From a bacterium (GTDB lineage: Bacteria > Zhuqueibacterota > Zhuqueibacteria > Residuimicrobiales > Krinioviventaceae): 64,000 bases of DNA. The position numbers were made by a program, and so were the translations under genes. Of the stretch, positions 1 through 7,424 are shown piece by piece. The notes below the pieces were generated by a model. It did no database searches, was not told the DNA's origin, and saw nothing but the letters and a program-made list of their open reading frames with translations. Positions within the stretch are counted from its first letter, which is position 1. Each line of letters begins with the position of its first letter. The DNA lies in the NCBI GenBank assembly GCA_963675755.2, contig CAXXMD010000002.1:1120001-1184000 (forward strand), read 5' to 3'.

Positions 1-2070
1 TACCATGGGCATGGCAGCAAAATCGCGACGGTCACCCATTACAAACAACGGCACCACATGACTCAGCACATTAGAAGCCGCTTTTAATCCATCTCCCAAC
101 TGCTGTTTGTCTATGCCCAGTATTTCATGGACCTCTTCCGGGAAACCATACCAGAAAGCTGTTGTGTGAAGTTCCATTTCGGGAAGATCGATCTTGGCCC
201 AGCCGATATTTTCATGAGTATTAAACTTGATTTTTTTATACATGGTCACCAGGTTGGTTACCACAATCTCGCCATAACCCAGTGATCGGGTATCAGTATG
301 GTCTTCATCCGTAATCTCGATGACTTTGAGATCGCTCTTGAGTTGAGCATCCGTATAATGATCAACCTTGACCTGATGAACGTATGCCTTGCGTCGTTCC
401 CAATCGAGCCTGTCCACATGGAACTGTTGTCCTTCATGGATATAAATGGCTTCGTCATGCACCATCATGGGAGCGGCAAACAGATCAATCTCGCCAATCA
501 CTTTTTCCTCGGGAGTGGTTTTGTCAATTATTACCACATTTTCTTCAGCAGCACTACGCAGACTGATGGTCTCGGCAGGGTACGTTTCTGCCATCCAGTG
601 CCAGCGGTCACCTGCCTTGTGAATAACCCGTTCTTCTTCCAGGTATTCCAGAATTTCCTGTGTGCTGTCCAGTCCACCATTACCTTTCAGGTCTTCTCCA
701 AATCGTTCAGATGTAGTAAAGGGCAGTTCAAATGCCGCACATTTGATATGACTGAGCAGAATCACCAGGTTATCCGGATCAACAATGCCTGCTTCGGGTG
801 ATTTACTGAACAGGTACTCCGGATGGTTTACAATATACTGGTCCAATGGCGAAGATGAGGCTATGAGAATTGCCAACGATGATCCACTGCGCCTGCCGGA
901 TCGACCTGCCTGCTGCCAGGTACTGGCAATGGTGCCGGGATAGCCGGCCATGACGCACACTTGAAGTCTGCCGATATCGATACCCAATTCCAGCGCATTG
1001 GTACTCACTACACCGGTAATACTGCCCGCGCGTAGTCCGCGTTCAATCTCGCGTCTTTGTAGTGGAAGGTATCCACCACGGTATCCGCGGATAGAGCTGG
1101 CAGGTTTCTTTTTGTGGCGCATATGATCTTTTAAATATGTCAAAAGGATCTCTACATTCATGCGACTGCGAACGAATACAATAGTCTGCAGCATATTTTC
1201 AATAAACCGCGAAGCAATACGTTCGGTCTCCTTGATATAAGACCGGCGAATACCCAGTTCCCGGTTTACTACAGGCGGATTATAAAGGATAAAATATTTT
1301 TCTCCCTGCGGAGCGCCATTGTCATCTACCAGGTTCATAGGTTCACCGGTGAGTTTTTGTGTCAATTCCACGGGATTCGCAATGGTTGCGGAACAGCATA
1401 TAAACACAGGATTGCTGTTGTAAAACCGGCAAATGCGTTTGAGACGTCGCAGTACATTACCCAAATGACTGCCAAATACACCACGATAATGATGGATCTC
1501 GTCTATGACAATATATTGTAAATTCTCAAAAAGTTTAACCCAGGTCGTATGATGCGGTAATACGCCCGCATGCATCATATCCGGATTGGTAACAACAATA
1601 TGTCCCGAACTTTTGATCGCTTTGCGTGCAGATACCGGGGTATCTCCATCAAAGGTATAGCTTTTGATATCAAAATCAACAGATTCACCCAACAGTTCAA
1701 TAACTGAATGCAGCTCTGAAAGCTGATCCTGAGCAAGAGCTTTGGTAGGAAATAGATATAACGCCCGAGCCTCACGGGATTTAAGAACAGCATTGAGAAC
1801 AGGGATATTATAACACAGGGTCTTGCCAGAAGCAGTAGGTGTAACAATGACCGTATTTTTTCCATCCAATGCAGAACCTATTGCCTGTGCCTGGTGGGTA
1901 TACAATTGTTTGATTCCATGCTGCTGTAAAGCCGAAACAATTCGGGGATCCAATGTATCCGGAAACGGTGCGTACCGTGCCTCCCGTTCCGGCAAATGCT
2001 TCCACAAAGTTGCATTGCTGTTAAATCCGGGATCACGTTTTAGAATATCAATTACCTGGTCAATTGTCAT
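1..2070 (-). CDS. DEAD/DEAH-box helicase with DUF1998 (MrfA/YprA/SftH-like); 3' end runs off the window
   Basis: Not in the ORF track because it is open at the window edge. Hand translation from ATG 2070 gives MTIDQVIDILKRD..., LYTHQ (Q motif), TPTASGKT (motif I), YLFPTKALAQDQ, VTNPDM, IDEIH (DExH), SATIANP, ALELGIDIG, QQAGRSGRRS, and LFVMGDRRD at the edge. Confidence 0.93.
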   Translation of the reverse strand, partial: MTIDQVIDILKRDPGFNSNATLWKHLPEREARYAPFPDTLDPRIVSALQQHGIKQLYTHQAQAIGSALDGKNTVIVTPTASGKTLCYNIPVLNAVLKSREARALYLFPTKALAQDQLSELHSVIELLGESVDFDIKSYTFDGDTPVSARKAIKSSGHIVVTNPDMMHAGVLPHHTTWVKLFENLQYIVIDEIHHYRGVFGSHLGNVLRRLKRICRFYNSNPVFICCSATIANPVELTQKLTGEPMNLVDDNGAPQGEKYFILYNPPVVNRELGIRRSYIKETERIASRFIENMLQTIVFVRSRMNVEILLTYLKDHMRHKKKPASSIRGYRGGYLPLQRREIERGLRAGSITGVVSTNALELGIDIGRLQVCVMAGYPGTIASTWQQAGRSGRRSGSSLAILIASSSPLDQYIVNHPEYLFSKSPEAGIVDPDNLVILLSHIKCAAFELPFTTSERFGEDLKGNGGLDSTQEILEYLEEERVIHKAGDRWHWMAETYPAETISLRSAAEENVVIIDKTTPEEKVIGEIDLFAAPMMVHDEAIYIHEGQQFHVDRLDWERRKAYVHQVKVDHYTDAQLKSDLKVIEITDEDHTDTRSLGYGEIVVTNLVTMYKKIKFNTHENIGWAKIDLPEMELHTTAFWYGFPEEVHEILGIDKQQLGDGLKAASNVLSHVVPLFVMGDRRDFAAMPMV

Positions 2071-2081
2071 AATCTATTTTC

Positions 2082-4424
2082 CTAATTACGAATAATCTCA
2101 ACAGTTCCGGTTTCACCGTTTATTTCAATCAAATCACCATTTTTTATAAGCTGGGTTGCACTGGCAATTCCTGTTACCGTAGCAAGGCCAAATTCACGTG
2201 CAACAATGGATGCATGAGAAAGTACGCCCCCGGTTTCCAGCACCATACCCGAGATATAGGAAAAAACCGGTGACCAAGCTGGATCCGCAGAATGGGCAAC
2301 CAATATCTCATCATCGCCAATTTGTCTGGCCTGATCCAAAGTACGGGCAACAAACGCCCTGCCCCTGCTAATGCCTCGACTGACTCCAAATCCCTGCAAT
2401 CGTTCAAAATCATGCGGTTCATGTGATTTGGGTTGGGCTTGAGATCCTTCCAGCAATGATTGATACGCCTGCTTTCTTGATTGAATTTGCTCGTCAGGGA
2501 TTGTTGAATCAATAAAAGATTGAATCAATTCAGCCCGATCCATAAAAAACACATCATCTGCATGGACGAGTTTATCAGCTTTGTATAATATATTACCATA
2601 TTCAATGACAACATCCCGCATTACAGATAAAATCTTGTGCCACTCGTTGCGCTGATTTTCTCGCAGCAGCGTAAATTCTCTGGCGTATTTCAATAATAGA
2701 AAAAATATCCCTTTTAACAAAGGACGAATAAATAGGGACTGGTTATTAATTTGCTGAATACAGTTCTGTTCTGCCTGGTTGCTACGATTCAATAAATCCT
2801 TACGATTAGTAGAAAATTTCTCACCTGCGTTATTATTCTTGTTTAAAAGATCAGTCATATCTTTCCAAACCGGTTGAAAAATATCCAGACTTTCTGAACG
2901 GTGGCCATACAATTCATGAAAAGTTTTGATATCAGCATCCGTTTCAATAGCAAGCATAGCACGGTTGGCTTTGATTGTCTCATTCTCTTCAAAACCGGTC
3001 AACAAATCCGTCAAGGTCTCTTCAATCTGTTTGATTTTGCAGATTTGAAGACATTTTTTCAACAAGGCATAAAATATATCGGCAAAGGTTATACTCCATC
3101 GATGGAGTGATAAAAACCGGTCTGTTAGTTTTTCTGCTTCCTCAAAAACTGAAAACAATTTATCCTTTTGAGACAATTGGGCTTTCAATACCGGTAGTTT
3201 TTCTTTGTTCAGATTGGAAAATTGTTTCCATTTTATCAAATTCACACCAGGAATCCAGTTAAAATCACCGGTTAAAATCAAACGAAACAGATAGCGGAAT
3301 CCACGCCAGCTGTTTCTAAACCAGACATTACGATGTCCCAATAACAGTGATGCCTGTTTATCAAGCGAGATAAAATTTAAAGGAATGACAGAATATAGAC
3401 TTTGAAATACGGAGATACGTGTAAATGGAAATCCTTTAAACAACCGGGTTATATTTTCGGATGTAGCAAGCTTTCCATAGCCTAATCCTTTCAAAGGATC
3501 ACGATAAGCATTATTTTCCATCCATTTTTGTAATATGGACCAACCCAGGGGTGATAACGGTTTTGTAAAGCGCTCTGCAAAAAAATAATCAGTCCAGATT
3601 CCCCCCTCTTTATCAACGCGAATGCGTTGTCTGCTTACACTGTTGGTTACAGGACGGGATTGTAAAATCCAGACTTTATTGTTCTCAATTGCCCATTCAA
3701 TATCCTGATTGGCACCAAGTATCAATTCGATTTTGAGTCCCAGTTCAAGCAGTGATTTTAGCTGATCAGCAAATTCTGTTTGTTGTGACAAGGTTTTCCA
3801 CAGCCCGGTATTACCGGTTACAGATTTTATCGCTAATCCATTTCGGTTAATAGATATCCGTACCGGATCTATTTCACCGGACACCAGGCCTTCCCCATAT
3901 CCCTGAACAATTTCTAGTAAAAATGTATCCTGGTCACCAGTTACCGGATGTCGGGTAAATAATACACCCGCAAAATCAGGATTTATCATTTGCTGCAGCA
4001 TGACAGCCATCACTGCATGTTTATCAGAAAATCCAAATTGTTCCAAGTAGGTTGATACATGTGATGAGTCCAAAGATTTCCAGCAATCAGATATGGCATT
4101 TACCAGATTCTCCTTACCGGAAACATTTAAAAACGTTTCAAACTGACCGGCCAGAGAAAAGGATGCATGGTCTTCAAATGGAGCTGAAGAACGGACTGCG
4201 TATTTATTTTGAGGATTAAAGTTGGTTAGCGAGTCGAGTTGTTTTTGCAGTTTAAATAAAGATTTGCTTCTGTATTTTTTAAAAGCACAAGTAGTTACAA
4301 CATAAAATTCAGGAACAGGTATACCCATTTCAGCAAGTAAAGATAACCTGCCGGCTTTGGCACCGGTCAGGTTAATATTGGATGCACATACAGCATCCTT
4401 ATGTAAAATAGCGTTTATCTTCAT
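2082..4424 (-). CDS. PEP/pyruvate-binding (PPDK_N ATP-grasp) plus C-terminal PEP-utilising swivel domain; rifampicin-phosphotransferase-like dikinase architecture
   Basis: GAKA, AVRSSAPFED, LAGQFETFLNV, QDIEWAI..ILQSRPVT at the N-terminus. C-terminal GGVLSHASIVAREFG carries the phospho-His. No PEP-synthase TIM barrel after the swivel domain. Confidence 0.85.
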   Translation of the reverse strand: MKINAILHKDAVCASNINLTGAKAGRLSLLAEMGIPVPEFYVVTTCAFKKYRSKSLFKLQKQLDSLTNFNPQNKYAVRSSAPFEDHASFSLAGQFETFLNVSGKENLVNAISDCWKSLDSSHVSTYLEQFGFSDKHAVMAVMLQQMINPDFAGVLFTRHPVTGDQDTFLLEIVQGYGEGLVSGEIDPVRISINRNGLAIKSVTGNTGLWKTLSQQTEFADQLKSLLELGLKIELILGANQDIEWAIENNKVWILQSRPVTNSVSRQRIRVDKEGGIWTDYFFAERFTKPLSPLGWSILQKWMENNAYRDPLKGLGYGKLATSENITRLFKGFPFTRISVFQSLYSVIPLNFISLDKQASLLLGHRNVWFRNSWRGFRYLFRLILTGDFNWIPGVNLIKWKQFSNLNKEKLPVLKAQLSQKDKLFSVFEEAEKLTDRFLSLHRWSITFADIFYALLKKCLQICKIKQIEETLTDLLTGFEENETIKANRAMLAIETDADIKTFHELYGHRSESLDIFQPVWKDMTDLLNKNNNAGEKFSTNRKDLLNRSNQAEQNCIQQINNQSLFIRPLLKGIFFLLLKYAREFTLLRENQRNEWHKILSVMRDVVIEYGNILYKADKLVHADDVFFMDRAELIQSFIDSTIPDEQIQSRKQAYQSLLEGSQAQPKSHEPHDFERLQGFGVSRGISRGRAFVARTLDQARQIGDDEILVAHSADPAWSPVFSYISGMVLETGGVLSHASIVAREFGLATVTGIASATQLIKNGDLIEINGETGTVEIIRN

Positions 4425-4437
4425 TCATGTGTCTTGA

Positions 4438-5436
4438 TCAATTCCGGCTTTTTAATTTAACGCTGTTAATTTGATCTAGCTGCAATTTTTCTAATTCTTT
4501 GTCAAAATTGTCCAGTAATTTCAACATTTCAAGATCATCTACCATATCTTCTTTTAACGGCAAACTTTTACTATTATGATCTAAAATATTCTTTTTACTA
4601 TCCAATGTCAGCGTAAGAATGCTGCCATACTTGCCCATACTTACAGAAGAGGCTACAATTGCGTCAAATTTATCACGCGGGTTAACTAGATAATATTGCC
4701 CGCCCATAATCGCGATATCAATATCAGGTACCGTTTCCAGAATATCTTTTAATTTTTTATAATTGCCATTATACAACAATACAACCAGATCTGCTTTTTT
4801 CTTGACCTTGGGTACCAAGTCTTTAGCTACCAGAACCGGATCTTTGCAATATAACATTGGCTCTTTTAATCGTTTTGAAAAGAGCATACCTCTGTCATCA
4901 CATAAACCAATTAAACCCAAAGAAATAGATTTGAATGGCAATCCACTGTCATCCTGTGCTTTGACAGTTTGAACTTGAAAAGGCTCGGTAAACGGTTCAT
5001 CCGTATCTTGATAAAATGTATTGGACGCAAGAAAATTGATATCATTCTCTTTTGCAAGCTCTTTCAAAACCTCACCACCGTTAATAAATTCACGGTGGGC
5101 CAGATTTATATTCTTGTATCCAAAACCGGACATGGTATGGACAAGGTAATCCGTATATAACTGGCTGATTTGATTTGCACCACGACTAAAGCCGCCGGCA
5201 TCCAGAAATACATTAAAATTGTTTTCATTTAAATGATCTTTAATAAAAGTAGCCCGCCGGGCTACTCCGCCGTAGCGTGCGGTCTTTCACCCACAGGGGC
5301 GAACATAGCCCATCAGATCATTTGTATGAAATATACTCAGCGTAGCAGTTGCTGTTGAATCTACTGCCTCAGAAGTACGTCCACAACCCAGGACCAATAT
5401 GGCTATAGATACAACAAATTTCATCAGTGTTTTCAT
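4438..5436 (-). CDS. UshA-like (5'-nucleotidase N-terminal metallophosphoesterase fold) selenoprotein lipoprotein; Sec at codon 50 (TGA 5287-5289)
   Basis: Continuous frame MKTLMKFVVSIAILVLGCGRTSEAVDSTATATLSIFHTNDLMGYVRPCG*KTARYGGVARRATFIKD...VFLDAGG...HTMSGFGYKNINLAHREF joins the listed 4438..5133 ORF. Fold motifs lie on both sides of the single TGA. Lipobox VLGC; hairpin just downstream of the TGA. Confidence 0.88.
5246..5286 (-). promoter_or_regulatory. Candidate bacterial SECIS element
   Basis: mRNA 3' of the UGA: AAGACCGCACGCUACGGCGGAGUAGCCCGGCGGGCUACUUU. It contains the perfect stem AGUAGCCC-GGC-GGGCUACU (5248-5266) and an alternative GCUAC-GGCGGA-GUAGC. Both loops begin with G, 28 and 15 nt after the UGA. 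GC-rich patch in AT-rich DNA. Confidence 0.65.
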
Positions 5437-5466
5437 AATAAACCTGTATTAATTTTGCATCAATAA

Positions 5467-5495
5467 TGTTAAGCATTCATTTGATAAAAAGCAAG
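5467..5495 (-). promoter_or_regulatory. Candidate sigma70 promoter for the selenoprotein gene
   Basis: TTGCTT-17 nt-TAACAT on the minus strand, ~30 nt upstream of ATG 5436. Confidence 0.4.
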
Positions 5496-5518
5496 AATTC
5501 ATTAGCAAGAATTATATA

Positions 5519-5546
5519 CAAGCAGGGTCCCCTGTTACCCTGCTTG
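5519..5546 (-). terminator. Stem-loop after the PorV-OmpA gene (possible terminator)
   Basis: caagcagggt-N8-accctgcttg inverted repeat; U-tract is weak. Confidence 0.45.
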
Positions 5547-5558
5547 ATTAATATTCAA

Positions 5559-7379
5559 TTAATTTCGTTTTACAAATATAAAATTTTCAAGAGCTTGAAT
5601 TTCTGCATTCACCGGACCTGTTAAATCCAAAACGATTCGGGTATACGGGCCATTGGGATGGAATCCCAGTCGGGCACGAATAAAGGGTCCACGATTCAAG
5701 GGTATCTCTTTAACGTCAGAAAGCATATAGACATTGGGAACGTCTATTATCAACCGTTCAGGCGAACTAAATGTACGTGTGGTATATTCGACTTTACCAT
5801 TAAAAATAATCTGAATCACCTGATCGTTAACAGCCTTGACTGTAATCAATGCAGAGCCATTTGGCATTTCTGGTTTAGAATTATTTGTAAACAACTCAAA
5901 TTCAACACGGCGGTTACGTTCTCTTCCCTCTTCGGTAGAATTGGGCGCTACAGGCTGCATTTCACCATAACCAATAGGCATATAAAATTTCTTGTCCGTA
6001 AAATTCTTGGTCTCTTTGAGGTAATTGATCACACTGGTTATGCGCTTTTGAGACAGGCGAATATTATACCAATCTGTACCGATACTGTCAGTATGTCCGG
6101 AAACATGTACAACTGAATTGGGATAATTTGCCAGAATATCACCCACCTGATTTACAGTGGACTCGTCAGAATCACGAATATCTGATTTATCAAAATCAAA
6201 ATTGATACGCATACTTACCAAAATCTTGTTATCCGCTTTTTGCTCTACTTCAATCTTGCCGTCACTGTCAGCGGCAATTTGTTGTGCGCGAGCCAAACGT
6301 CGGGCCATTTCATCTTTCATTTTGTCCAATTCCATTCGGGACTGGCGGGCAGCTTCCAGTTCACGCTGCAGTAACTCGTCATAATTATTTTCTTTTTTCT
6401 TCTCTACACCAAAATTCAAGAGAATGGAGAAACGATGAATATCTGCTTCTAGGGCATCAACCGGAGAATAAGCATAATCAATACGCGTTTCAGAATTGGC
6501 CAGCCATTCCATAGGAATATTTAAACCAAACCCCGCAGATATGGGAGAAGCCGCAACATCATGCAATTGATATCCTGCACGCAAAAATAATAAATCCGAC
6601 AATACAATTTCACTACCCATATAATAACGTAGATTTTCTTTCAAAGTCCATGCAACATCACCGGCAAAATTAATATTCATAGATTCTGATTTACCAAGGC
6701 TATAGCCGGCACCAAAACGAAAAGTAGTGGGCAAAGGAGAAGACATGTCTCTAAATTTTGCTTTGGTAATACCAATATTCTGAATGGTACCACCAAACAT
6801 GATATCATAAAGAGTAAACTGGGTACCAACATCAATTGCAAGAGCCGAGCTCTGTTCACCGGCAAGAGTCTGGCGTAAAAATTTTACATCGGCACCTACT
6901 CCAAACACATAATCCCATAATCCCAAACGTGTACCAAAACCCAATGTTGCAAGAATATCATCACCTGTTGCGGTTCCACCGGTTTCTCTAAAATTGACAT
7001 CCATTTCAGTGATTGAACCTTCATTGAAATAGGTCAAATCCATTCCTATAACACCGTAACGCATGGGAAACGCAAAAGCAAAAGAACCTTGCTGTGTATC
7101 ATCAATCCAGTTATGAAAATTCATAGACAGCATTTCATTAGACAATTGACCCAAACCACCAATATTGTAACGCATTAGGTTCACATCATCAGCAAATGCA
7201 GTAAAGGCTTCACCCATAGCTACCTGACGCGCAGCCGGACTGATCTTGAGAAACGGAGCTCCATGGTAGCCAATTCCGGAATTAGATGCACTAAAAGCAG
7301 TTTGAGCAAGAAATGATATGAATACACAAATATAGATGTATATGTGTTTTAAATATTTTTTTTGAAATATGGTTTTCAT
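5559..7379 (-). CDS. PorV/PorQ-family outer-membrane barrel fused to an OmpA-like peptidoglycan-binding domain and a C-terminal AMIN-like domain
   Basis: FLKISPAARQVAMGEAFTA...RIDYAYSP...HRFS (PorV/PorQ-type); INFDFDKS, GHTDSIG, NIRLSQKR, GYGE..P, NRRVE (OmpA_C); PERLIIDVP...TRIVLDL (AMIN-like). Signal peptide present. Confidence 0.82.
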   Translation of the reverse strand: MKTIFQKKYLKHIYIYICVFISFLAQTAFSASNSGIGYHGAPFLKISPAARQVAMGEAFTAFADDVNLMRYNIGGLGQLSNEMLSMNFHNWIDDTQQGSFAFAFPMRYGVIGMDLTYFNEGSITEMDVNFRETGGTATGDDILATLGFGTRLGLWDYVFGVGADVKFLRQTLAGEQSSALAIDVGTQFTLYDIMFGGTIQNIGITKAKFRDMSSPLPTTFRFGAGYSLGKSESMNINFAGDVAWTLKENLRYYMGSEIVLSDLLFLRAGYQLHDVAASPISAGFGLNIPMEWLANSETRIDYAYSPVDALEADIHRFSILLNFGVEKKKENNYDELLQRELEAARQSRMELDKMKDEMARRLARAQQIAADSDGKIEVEQKADNKILVSMRINFDFDKSDIRDSDESTVNQVGDILANYPNSVVHVSGHTDSIGTDWYNIRLSQKRITSVINYLKETKNFTDKKFYMPIGYGEMQPVAPNSTEEGRERNRRVEFELFTNNSKPEMPNGSALITVKAVNDQVIQIIFNGKVEYTTRTFSSPERLIIDVPNVYMLSDVKEIPLNRGPFIRARLGFHPNGPYTRIVLDLTGPVNAEIQALENFIFVKRN

Positions 7380-7424
7380 TTGATCTCCAATACCGTTAAA
7401 TCTCTATTCGCAAAATCCATCTAA

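Noticed and set aside
258-2095. Short ORFs at 258-801 and 1575-2095 in the ORF track
   Set aside because: They are shadow or alternate frames of the helicase gene (1..2070, minus strand), which carries all SF2 motifs.
5287-5289. TGA read as a pseudogene lesion or as genetic code 4/25
   Set aside because: TGA is a normal stop for many genes here (apt, ntrC-like, GH29) and Trp uses TGG. The CxU context and hairpin favour Sec.
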